The notes under the pieces were generated by a model, which saw nothing but the letters and a program-made list of their open reading frames with translations, had not been told where the DNA came from and did not search any database. A stretch of DNA of 62,462 bases, counting the filler, from Hausera hauseri (Eukaryota), in NCBI GenBank assembly GCA_046269625.1. It is 12 parts of 12 records of this genome, joined end to end, with 100 filler letters (N's around TTAATTAATTAA, not from the genome) between each part and the next. Parts side by side here need not be neighbours in the genome. Positions count along the whole stretch, not along the records: positions 24,606 to 31,369 come from JBJURY010068106.1; positions 31,470 to 36,112 come from JBJURY010491909.1; 10 more parts are not named here. One strand, 5' to 3'. The position numbers and the translations under genes are program-made. This document shows, piece after piece, positions 25,216-36,212 of the stretch (positions are counted from its first letter, which is position 1; every line of letters starts with the position of its first letter).

Positions 25216-25917
25216 ATGTCGAATATCGACAATAGTAGTTCCTATCCGAATTTCAGTTATGAATCGAATAAATCAGTGAAGGATATCATTGTCCTTATCA
25301 CACCTATATGCATATATGCTGCTGAATATTCTAATGTGTACTTATTGATGAATAATCGAATGGCACATTTTCACAAAGATCCAAAATACCCATTGATTAT
25401 GGCAACGGCTAATATTTTGATGAGAAGTCGCACGTCAACTTCATTGAAACAGAATCCATTGTTTGAAGAAATCATAATGAAACACCAATTTTACAATGCG
25501 ATAATACTATTCGACGTGGAAATGCGTAGCGAATTTCTCGTCAAATACGTCAATTTGATTACTGGACAAGTCCTAGTTTATCGCAATACAGTTCCTACAT
25601 TATATCAAACAAATGACGACGAGATAAGCAATTGTAGAAATGTACCGTCGTATATTTCTTACTGACATAAAACACTATCGAGTAGGTTCAGAGACAAAAG
25701 ATTCGAATGCTTTGGCGATGCCGCTATTCAACTAATTACGGGTATTCGTCTGTTTAATATATTTCTCGACCTGTCCGAGGGACATCTCAACGCCCTTTTC
25801 CAGGCTTTTGTTCAGAAACATTATTTAGCTGATTGGTCTGTGAGATTGGGTTTTCATAAATTTTTACTCTACACGCATAATACTGATTTCCTGTACGACT
25901 CACTATTCATCCATGCC
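25216..25917 (+). pseudogene. drosha: Drosha-like RNase III fragment (central domain pieces + RNase IIIa), with in-frame stop at 25663
   Basis: Reading through the TGA gives KRFECFGDAAIQLITGIRLFNIFLDLSEGHLNALFQAFVQKHYLADWSVRLGFHKFLLYTHNTDF..IHA. This matches Drosha ERLEFLGDAVVEFLTSVHLYYLFPSLEEGGLATYRTAIVQNQHLA..L..FMLYAHGPDL..RHA. Upstream DPKY, VEMRSE and ISNC also match. Confidence 0.75.
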
Positions 25918-26152
25918 AGTTTAGACGCTAACAGAAGGTTCCTTGACGCACAAGTTATCGAATCGACCTCAAAATGAACTTTTGGGTCTTGCCACACCTG
26001 AGACCTTATACACTGATGGAATTAAACTTGTTTTGACAATTGGGACCGGTCGAGCTAGAACCACGTTTTCAACGGCTCAACCAATAGCTAAAAGACACGA
26101 GATAAAATATGGAGAGATACCACACTACCCAGCTTGTTGTGTATCAACATCA

Positions 26153-26368
26153 TTTCCCATCTACCTTTTTGCTAATATTAATTTAATACATACCGAACAC
26201 ATAACACAGTGTATCGACACCATACAATTATATGGCCTCATTCGTAAATCTACCTCCTTCATTAACTTCTATCTGACTCACAATGGATTCATTTTAACTG
26301 ACCGCCCACACGTCATGTCCTCACATTACTACCTCTGTATCCACATTCACCCTAGAATCCGAGGCGGT
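26153..26368 (+). other. Ubiquitin-like domain ending in RIRGG, in frame with the Gag Met at 26369
   Basis: 72 aa: FPIYLFANINLIHTEHITQCIDTIQLYGLIRKSTSFINFYLTHNGFILTD..CIHIHPRIRGG|M; the ubiquitin end is LHLVLRLRGG. Confidence 0.7.
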
Positions 26369-27466
26369 ATGATTTCTTCACAAACCAGTGACATCACAGA
26401 TAAGGTGACCACAAAACCCAAATCCATTCTCTACTGTCCCAAATCAAACCATCCACCTACTTCAACCGATACTAATTATTTTCACAAAAATCCTACAATT
26501 ACACCTCCACATTGCTCTGAATACTTTATAGACAATGAAAATTTTAGGGAAAGGTGGCTCCACTTCCATCAACTCTGGTTACAATCCAACGGTATCACAG
26601 ACTCGTTATCCAATGCCCATAATTTAATCTACCTTCTACCAAACTCTATAAAGCCTTAATCCATAACTTATTGGACATCTTTCAACACCCTTACCCTTAT
26701 ACGCAATTGTTCAATGCTGTGCTAAAACTAAAAGAACCACCAATTGATTCGATAATACAACGCTTCTTTAATGAAAACGCAGTGGGAACACAAAAACCTA
26801 GTGATTTCTTACGCACATCGTTGGTCGACTTACGTACCTTGGGTGTCACCAAGGAACACAACCCGGATCTACTTCGCCGATATTTCCATCATGCTTTACC
26901 TATTCAAATAAGGGTATTACTTACTGTTGTTGAGGATTCTACAGCTTTAAATAAACTATCTGAATTGGCCGATAAAGCACATGAATTTTTACAAATACAA
27001 TCACAACCCATCATATCAGCCGCAATTACGACCGATAACAATCAACGACATACATATATCGAGCACCAATTAAACCAATTACGCGTCGAAAATGCGGCAC
27101 TACAACATACAATCTACACCGTCAATGATAAGCTGAATGACATTTCCTTACATCGACGGAAGGCTTCCTCGCCTCATCGAACGCGTTCTCCTTCCAGAAA
27201 TCGAACACCGTCACCAACGCGGTCATTTGTGTTATTACCACAACAAATTTAATAACAAAGCAAATTAATGCTGTTTAGAGTGTAGATATTATTCGCTGAA
27301 TCTACACTCAGATAACATAGTTTGCATCTATTATGCAAAATTTGGATCTAATGCTCGGGATTGTATTTCAAGTTGTAACTATAAAACTAACAATAACTAC
27401 ACCACTGATACACGTTCCAGTTTCTCTAACAGTAACCGTCCTAACTCACCAATACAAAAAAACTGA
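26369..27466 (+). pseudogene. gag: Gag (CsRn1-like), one stop at 26657 and a frameshift near 27230
   Basis: PYTQLFNAVL; GTQKPSDFL; LP..IRVLL; LSELADK; CYYHNKF..C..C and CIYYAKFG..C..C. Confidence 0.85.
27457..27463 (+). promoter_or_regulatory. Putative -1 ribosomal frameshift heptamer at the gag/pol junction
   Basis: A AAA AAC immediately before TGA; copy 2 has TCA TGA AAC TAA at the equivalent position. Confidence 0.6.
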
Positions 27467-30436
27467 TTTCGTCGCCAGTATTCTCGGTAGATTCTGGAAA
27501 AGGCAACTTACTTAATTCCTCTTGCCGACACACTTCTTTTGCAGTCTTTACACTAAAAACTGCTATCTCCACTTCTAACATTCAATCGTTCGACTTCTTC
27601 ATCGACACCGGTGCAGCGATCTCACTACTACCACTTTCTTTTCCGGTCCAGCCTTCTTCACTTAAAACAAAACCTTTATACACGGTCTACGGTCAACCTC
27701 TTCATATTGGCGGAACTTGCAAATTATCTTGTACTTTGCCTAAATTTTCCTCTCCATTTTACTGGACGTTTACAGTCGCTAACTTCCAGACGGCAATACT
27801 TCGCTTTAATTTCCTTTCGCACAATAATTTGCTAGTCGATTGTAACCAACGCTGCTTAAAATCGAATACACCTGTAGACTGTAGCACAGGAATAGACAGC
27901 ACCCCAACGACAACACAGCCAACAGTAAGTAGGTAGTCTATATTAAAACACTCAGTACCTCATTATAATTCCAATAACTATCACGTTTTACATCGTAAGC
28001 TTCCAAAGAATAATGCTGACAGTCAATCACAGCTTAATGTCGACACCCACCATCTGGTATTTTCAGTAAAATCACTGAACAACAACACCTACTCAAATAC
28101 GGTTTCGGACCCGACCATCCTACTTTAAACTCCACCCGATTCCTCATTAACAACCATCCACCATATACCAAGTACTGCTAGCAACCTTGATTCATCGTCA
28201 CTCACAACATTCTAGCAACTACCTATAAGTTTACAACATTTCATCCATATTTCTTGTCCTCGTATACTTTAGAAAGATCGGAACTTCCCCCCAGTAAACG
28301 TCATTTACCATCATATAATTACAAGATATCAAAGACCATTTTGACAAAAGGTCCCTCCATTGTCACCGCGTCGCAGGAAGGCAGTAGAGACGGAATTTAT
28401 GGAACTGGAACAATCAGATATCGTCCGCAAATCTAAATCCCCATGGTGTTCACCTCTCCACGTTGTCAAAAAAGGATGGATCCTTCCGACCATGCGGCGA
28501 TTACCGCCAACTTAATACTTTAACCATAATGGGTGCATATCCACTACCATTAATCAAAGACATTACATCGACTTAATACTACTTCAGTTTATTCAACAAT
28601 TGATTTAGCCAAAGCTTACCACCAAATTCCTGTCGCACCGGAAGATATCGAAAAATCTGCTGTTACCACATCTTTTGGTCTTTATGAGTACTTGTATATG
28701 CCTTTCGGTCTCCGGAATGCTGCACAGACTTTTCAGTGACACATCGATTCAATCCTTTCAGACTTCACTTTGCTCATCCATATTTTGATGATATCTTGGC
28801 TGCTTCTTCTTCTGTTAAACAACACGAGGAACACCTACGATCTATCTTCAAACGACTTAACCAGTTCAATCTATAGATCAATCTTGCGAAATGTAACTTC
28901 TTTCAAAAACGCGTTAATCTCCTCGGACACATTATCTCTTCAAACGGCCATTCACCTCAACCTGATCGAGTCGAGACTCTTAAAAATGTCCAACTATCTA
29001 AGACAACAACAGAAACGCGCAGTTTTCCTGGTACCCTGCATTTCGCCCACAAATATGTTCCATATTGTTCGGAACTCACGGCACCTTTTGCACATTTAAG
29101 CGGAGGAGAAAACACCGGAAAATCGTGTGGACACCACAACTAGTTAATAGTTTTGATAGACTACGAGAAGGAATAAAGACTGTTGAAATACTAGCATTTC
29201 CTAAGTCTGACGCTGAGTTAATTTTAATTACAGATGCATCAAACATCGCAGTAGATGCTGTACTACACCAGTTGTATAAAGGCGAAAATCAGCCTCTAGA
29301 ATTCTTTTCCCGAAAATTAACGCCATCAGAAACTAGATATTCAAATTTCGATCGGGAACTGCTGGCAATAGTTCTTGCTTTAAAACACTTTTTTCACTTA
29401 ATTACGGCTAGTAATTTTGTTATACAGACTGATCACAAACCATTGATTAATATAATAGCAATGAAGCATCCTTAAACTCGACAAGAACGGCAAATTTCAT
29501 ATTTGTCCACATTTAACTTGGACATTAAACATATCGATGGCGTTGTCCATCTAGTTGCCGATTTCCTATCTAGATCAGTCGGTTCAATCAATTTTTCGCC
29601 AATATTTACTCAGACAAAACTCCAAGAAAATCAACAATCCCACGATATTTTCAAATCGTTCAAGTCACACCACATCGTTGACGGCGTGGTTTTAGATACT
29701 TCCAAACCAGGACATTCTAAAATAATTCTTGCCCAATCTTTACACAAACAAGCATTTGATAGTATACATTCATTACATAATCCTGGTGCTAAAGCAACTT
29801 TTCGCTTGCTTCAACGCCAAGTAGTTTGGCCGTCGATGCGTTCCGATGTACACGCATGGGTTAGAGTGCGTGGCTTGTCAGAAGTATAAAACCATAAAAC
29901 ATTTAAAACAGACATTATAACAATTCCCTTGTACTTCACGTTTTGAAACAGTACATTTTGATATCGTTGGTCCTCTTCCAATAGACAACGGCCATAAATT
30001 TATTCTGACCATGATGGACCGTTCGTCACGATGGCCAGAAGCCATTCTACTGCGTAGTACAAACACTGACACAATAGCCGATACTTTCATCCGTACGTGG
30101 ATTAGTAGATTCGGATCTCCTGGTTATATCATCTCAGACCAAGGTCCACAATTCGAGCCAAATCTGTTCAAATCTCTAGTCAACTGATTGGGAATAAGTC
30201 ACATTCATACAACACCTCATCATTCCCAATCAAATGGCCGACTTGAACGTTTCCACCGAACTTTAAAAACATCACTTCGAATCCTCGCACCGTCAAACAC
30301 CAATTGGACTACACTTCTACCGTTCGTCCTTCTTGGCTGGCGAAACATTCCGTCCACATCCACAAGATGTTTACTAACGGAAGCATTATTCGGAACCCCT
30401 GTACGGTCACTGTTTGAACTAACCATTCTTGAAGAT
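27460..30436 (+). pseudogene. pol: Gypsy pol (PR-RT-RH-IN), heavily disrupted
   Basis: FFIDTGAAISLLP (about 27595); SPLHVVKK; MPFGLRNAAQTFQ; YFDD; ITDASN; DRELLA; TDHKPL; DIVGPLP; QSNGRLERFHRTLK. Confidence 0.93.
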
Positions 30437-30701
30437 TGTAGTTTCTATATTGATTATATGCGTTGACCGTTGTTTCTTGTAATTGAATAAAAACGTCAGG
30501 TATAAAATTAATAATCCCACTTCTGACACCATTGTAGTCCATAGTAGGCTGACTAACGCAAGTATAGTAATTCCAACAGTAGAAACAAAGGGTGCGACAA
30601 TTAACAATTTGTATATTTTTTTAAACTTTCTAAATTCCAAATCAATCAATTTCATCAATCTTTACATATATACAGTCCATTGACTTAGTTACGACACTAC
30701 A
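30437..30701. repeat. Solo-LTR-like 265-bp segment at the point where integrase breaks off
   Basis: Begins TGTAGT, ends ACTACA (6-bp terminal inverted repeat) and contains AATAAA. No TSD seen. Confidence 0.55.
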
Positions 30702-31369
30702 CAGCTCCATCTCATTGTCATTTTCTGTTTTTTTTTACCGCAAGCAGATAATTTTGTTGAGGAAAAGAGGCAAACAATGGTAAAATATTGATTTGAGGCT
30801 CTAGGCCAAATATTTGATGAATATTTCATTCTTGCCAGAATAACAAAAAATATTTGGTAGACACTTTGTGGTATTACATTGTTAAGGTAAAATTTGGTTG
30901 ATTAATGTATATAGGTTGATAACACTACATTATATGTCTGCGAAAGTAATTGGTGGATTATTAAAATGTTATCCGATGATGTTGACTGTGAGTCTTATTT
31001 GCCCATTGGTCCGTTCAATGATAACTTTGATGCTAGAAACCATTGACGAAAGAGTCATAAATATAACTGATGAGGTGAAGAACGATTTCATCTGAAAATT
31101 GACAATCTGTGTCTCATGGTGATGACATTACGATGTCGAGGAGCCAATATGGGGAATATTAGCATAAATGAAATACATATTGGCAATAGATTTTCGATTC
31201 TCGACACAATTTGTCAAATAATAAGGATAGGGAATTATTTGTTTGGAATTAGATTGTTTGTCTGACGTTAGAATATGGACGAACTCCCTGAAACATCTTA
31301 GAGATTCTTTAATTCTAGATCACTGTAATTTTGGATTGTTGCGGTACGGATCTGACGGTTGCAGATAAA

Positions 31370-31469
31370 NNNNNNNNNNNNNNNNNNNNNNNNNNNNNNN
31401 NNNNNNNNNNNNNTTAATTAATTAANNNNNNNNNNNNNNNNNNNNNNNNNNNNNNNNNNNNNNNNNNNN
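31370..31469. other. Artificial contig spacer
   Basis: Same linker. Confidence 0.99.
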
Positions 31470-31879
31470 TATTTTGTAATTCTAAGTATATAGATAATGT
31501 CGGAGAATAGAATTAAAAACAAACAATGTGTAGCATAATTTGTTGAAACAACGCCATGCTATTAGCACACCTTTATTTATATGCAACCATCAACATTTAA
31601 ACAAAAATTATTTACCGCGAAATTTAAACAGTGGGGTTGGAATAGTGAAACCACGATCAGTCCAGAAAAGGCTTTATTCAGTGTCAAAATTTAAACAGAA
31701 AATTTTTTTCCCCGCAAATTTAAATTTTTTATACCACCTGAATCCATACAGTACGCGTGCTTGTGTGTAATCACTTTGTGACTGTGTGACTCCTATCGTT
31801 TTCCCTAACCCATGACTTATCCGCGAACCACATCTTTTCTCCTTCCCTGACGGGTCTGTTTTGGTGTGCTTACATCTAC

Positions 31880-34673
31880 CTACTTGCATTGACCGCCTGA
31901 ACTGAACCTTACTGGTGTACGTAACCAGCCGCTTTTCTTTGTTACATAGGCGCGCATTGAGCCGCTTTTTGAGTTTCTCTACTGTTTTGCCGTAGACAGA
32001 TTTATTTTTTAACTTGTAGTAGTCCTTTACGAACTTTGTACAAGCTGCAGCTCGTTCTTTTGAATTTCGTTCAATGTATGGCTTGAATATTGGCTCCTAA
32101 TTGAATTTGATAGCGCGATGCAGCTGTGTGTCGCATACACCGAGCTGCATGTAGAACTATAGCAGACGCCAATGGATCATGTAATTCAACTTCGGTTCAT
32201 GCGCCATGAGGAGTTTGTTCACCTTTATGCCGCCGAGCGTACATTGGCTGATTGGTGCGACAGTCAATTGGTCCAAAGCGTCATGCAACTCATCCGGTAC
32301 GACGAGATCAACTTTCATCAGGTAGCCGAATGAGCTGTTTTCTGCCGTGTCTGCTGTTGGAAAATTTTCCAATATTGCCTCCAGATCTTGCTTGTCAGTT
32401 AACCATTCAAATGAACAGTATGGCAAGGGTTGCGAAAGGGCCCTGTCGTACAGGTAATTAATGTCAATGTGCAACAGTGATGTGGTGTTATCATCACTGG
32501 TTACGTGGTACTTGTTGACAAATATCATGCCGCTACAATTAGCAACAGCTCACTGTCCCGTCTAATGATATCAGAGCCGACGCTCAACTCACTCCTGGTA
32601 TGGAGTAAAAGATGAGCGGCTTCAGCCTATCTTCCGTCAACGCCTTAGTCCGAAATGTCCGAAACACGTCGGCCAGCAAGTACACGTCCAGTTTCAGATA
32701 GTGGAGCATGTAATCCAATAGGCTTCTGCAGCCGAGCTATGACTAAGATTCCTGTGCTGTGTGATATTTATCTTCTGTTATACTGGGCCACTGCGGCAGC
32801 AATTCCTCTGTTGTCTGAAGCTGCTCGTACGATACAGCAAAGTCATACGGGAATATGCCTTTGCTACGTGCAACATGCATCGGAAACTGCGTTGGTGTTA
32901 ACGGCACATCCGTCAAAGCATTTACCAACTTTGCTGGAAACACACTGAGGAACTGTAATGAGTCAAGGAATCGCATCTGGAACTGATTTATGCGTGCCGA
33001 CAGAGATAAGTATTTCTCCATCGTTGTTGGTATTATGGACAATTCCCAGTGTGGAAATCAATTAATGACCCATTTCAGAATATGGTGACAATCAACCCCT
33101 GAAGTGATCACATATCACCGGCAGGAATGGCCGCACACGCCGTGCTAAATTGCACGAATTACATGCTGCTCCCAGGTATCATCCGGTAAAGTGAGCCTGA
33201 TCAGGTACGAGCCGTTCTTGTTTATCGAATAGTGATATTTTGTGTCTCAGGTAGCATTTATCTGTGACTGCAAACGTAAGGCGTTCGTCTTTGTCTGTCC
33301 AGATGAAAGGCTTAGTGCTGTACCACTGTGCGATTTCCGCTTCCACTATTGCCTCAAACTGGTGCAGGAAATCACTTACACAGTTCCATCTGTGGAAAAT
33401 GTAATATTGCGGTTGTCCGGTGGCTTTTATTGGTACCAGCAACATACCGACGGCGATTGGAATGTGCTTTTAATTGTATGCGTTGTTCTACGATAGAAAT
33501 GCTTCAACATCTGCATAGACCACATATGCCGGACTGCCCGTTTTCGACCAGTCATTGAATTTCAGCTCCTTTTCGACGGGTATGACGTACATTGTTTTTT
33601 CCTATACGTTTCGTATGCATAGCGCCATGTGTTTTTCCATTTCGCTTCTGATCTGAAGCCATGCAAATATATAGGGCACCATTTGCAGCGTATATGTTTT
33701 TGTATGAACTGGTCATGGTCCACGTTCAGCAGTATGTCCAGATTTGTTACGGCCACGTAATGAAATTTTTCTGCCTGCTCCAACAGCAACAGGTATATTG
33801 CACGTCCACTCGGGTTTTCACTTCAATAGATTATGTCTACGTGAGGATTTTTGTAAATTTCCTCATCAGCCGGTATCTCTATTACTGAGTTGTACCGGAA
33901 AACGTTGATTGACAGTGTCGGATTACGCCGTTCAAAAGACGGAATGGTTTTGAGGTTTATCGCCATCCAGATTTCATCAAAGTCCAATTCGGAAAAATAC
34001 TGTCGATATTGTTTTGAACGATTTGCACGATTTCTGGGCATTCCTCATATTTTAATATAGCTAAAATACTGTAAAGAAAACAGTATTCTTCGCTATTATT
34101 TTCTACATTGCCTACAGTTTTAGAGTGCTTTAGGGCTGCAGGTGTCGGTATGAATGATCCCCGACAAGTATATCATGTCACTCGACTTTGTAATGATAAA
34201 GCCGAGACTGACAATCTTTACAATTCGCCATCCACTACCCTTTTCTGTGTAGTTGGCGATTTCCTCCTCAAGCTTTTCGCCAATCTCAGCGATAAAATCC
34301 TTGGTATAGGGTACAGCTTGATGTGACAGATACCATTGTTTTCTTTTGCCTCGCACGTTTTCGAATTCTGAAAGTGCATGATACTGCACTTTGCAGTGGT
34401 GGTGGTGTTGGAACTTGTCCACTTTAGATTCCAACCGGTTTCGCACAATGGATAGAAGATGTCTCAGTTGCGTTGTTGTTGTTGCTGACATGTTCACTTT
34501 TATATCCACGTACGATTTTTTCAGATCGTACCTGACAGTTATGTGTGGTTCCTCCCCCTGATGCTTCTGTTCCTGCTGCTTCTGCTGCTCCTTCTGCTGG
34601 TTTTGATTTCTGTTCTTTTGCAAGTATTCGTCAAATCTTGTTGAGGCCTGATGTTTTCTACTTGCTGAAAGAA

Positions 34674-34704
<31 letters not shown>

Positions 34705-34958
34705 ATTACTTTTTTCTGCGTCTATTAATATTTGTTTTCTCGACCGCTTAAACTGGTTTAAGTGGTCATGTGCTGATTATAAAATTGTTCATAGTTGATT
34801 TGATCATTAGCTGTAGAACAACAGAGACATACATGGGCCCATTTACTGTTCATCGTTGTGGTACTATAGTATTGCTTCATTGCACGTGTCAGTGGGCACT
34901 GAATAATATTTGGCCACTTTTTTGTGGAATTGTCCACCCTCATGTATGAGGGAGACAC
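31880..34958 (-). pseudogene. polB: Polinton/Maverick-type protein-primed DNA polymerase B locus (family B), decayed
   Basis: GSGWRI; FERRNPTLSINVF; HYVAVTNL; PDQAHFTG; RFLDSLQFL; KGIFPYDF; DINYLY..SQPLPY; YKLKNKSVYGKT. Confidence 0.88.
34675..34703. repeat. (CTG)n trinucleotide repeat (poly-Gln on the minus strand)
   Basis: ctgctgctg run. Confidence 0.9.
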
Positions 34959-35142
34959 AATACATGGGATATTGAGAACATTTCTGAATTATAAACAAAT
35001 TAAACTAAAAGCAATTAAAAATGTATTAATTATAAATAAATAAAATTAATTACAATACACCATAACTTATTCCCCTTACTGCACACTCAGACGTCGCCTA
35101 AATCAGCTAAAAACCTTTACCAACATTACTACACAAAATCTA

Positions 35143-35418
35143 ATGAAAGAGTATATTCAGAGTGGAGTTCAGAGATTGACCGATGACATTTTAACCGGAC
35201 ATGTATTTGATGTAAAGTTTTTATGTGAGCTCATAGAAGCGAGAATAATGATCAGGCGACAGTATATTGAATTGATAGTCAGATCGCTCTTTGTAAAACG
35301 TATCGAGGATGAAATGAGACGAAAACAACAAGAAAGACAGCGGATTAATTTCCTCATTGAACTTGTATTTTCTGCTTCGCTTTGTATTGTAATGAAAAAG
35401 TTGATTGACCGTATTTAA
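35143..35418 (+). CDS. Hypothetical small protein, divergent from polB
   Basis: ATG-started 91-aa ORF with a charged helical segment, flanked by AT-rich spacers. Confidence 0.4.
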   Translation: MKEYIQSGVQRLTDDILTGHVFDVKFLCELIEARIMIRRQYIELIVRSLFVKRIEDEMRRKQQERQRINFLIELVFSASLCIVMKKLIDRI

Positions 35419-35541
35419 TCACAAATATATGTAGTATTTTGCTATATTTTATTTTGTGAATCAATATAATTTATTTTGCATGTCTTTGTTGTTACATTTC
35501 AGTTTAAATACATGTGCTTCTTTACGGCGTAACATTACGAC

Positions 35542-35948
35542 ATGTTTCATTTAACAGACCTCATTCGTTTATATTACTCGTTCGACGGTCTCCGGAGTCA
35601 CCTTTACAATCTTGATCGACCTTTACATGATGCACGATACTGTTCACCCGGAGAGATATTCCGGCGTGCTGAGGAGAATTTCAGGGCACGAGAACCTATG
35701 CGTTGGATGAAAATTCACGTCAAATGCAGTTTATGGAAGATTTTGTCAAAGACTGTGATCATCATCATCAGATTGGTGATTCCAGCATTCCAGCGTGGAA
35801 GTTAGCGGATCAGATTTGCTTCAAGCAACATTGCAATGTTACTAATTCCAACGGACTCATTCATACTCCTGGTGAATTTGTTAATGCGTGTGGTTTGTGT
35901 GGTTGTGGTGGTGATCCGACTTTAACATTATTGGAAATTGGTATTTAA
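35542..35948 (+). pseudogene. Hypothetical Cys/His-rich protein split by a frameshift near 35705
   Basis: ORFs 35542-35805 and 35703-35948 overlap; CDHHH..CFKQHC..CGLCGC; AATAAA downstream. Confidence 0.4.
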
Positions 35949-36112
35949 TTTCAAATGCAATTAATTTTCCTTCTGTAAGTCAAACAACAGAATAAAGAAG
36001 TAGTCATTTGTTTAATTTAATTAACAACAGCAATAACACAAAAGTGATAATGAATAAAGTTCTATAAAAAGAGCTGACAATCAATAATGCTACGACACAT
36101 ACATACCGAGAG

Positions 36113-36212
36113 NNNNNNNNNNNNNNNNNNNNNNNNNNNNNNNNNNNNNNNNNNNNTTAATTAATTAANNNNNNNNNNNNNNNNNNNNNNNNNNNNNNNN
36201 NNNNNNNNNNNN
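36113..36212. other. Artificial contig spacer
   Basis: Same linker. Confidence 0.99.

Larger units (their letters stand above)
26040..30436 (+). mobile_element. Ty3/gypsy LTR retrotransposon, CsRn1-like family copy 3, decayed, integrase truncated
   Basis: UBL-gag(CHCC x2), slippery AAAAAAC, PR (FIDTGA), RT (YFDD), RH, IN. Confidence 0.95.

Noticed and set aside
26030-26055. Confident 5' LTR end and tRNA-Trp PBS for gypsy copy 3 (..TGACA AT TGGGACCGG)
   Set aside because: Only a partial match to TGGTGACCCCG and no second LTR copy to confirm it
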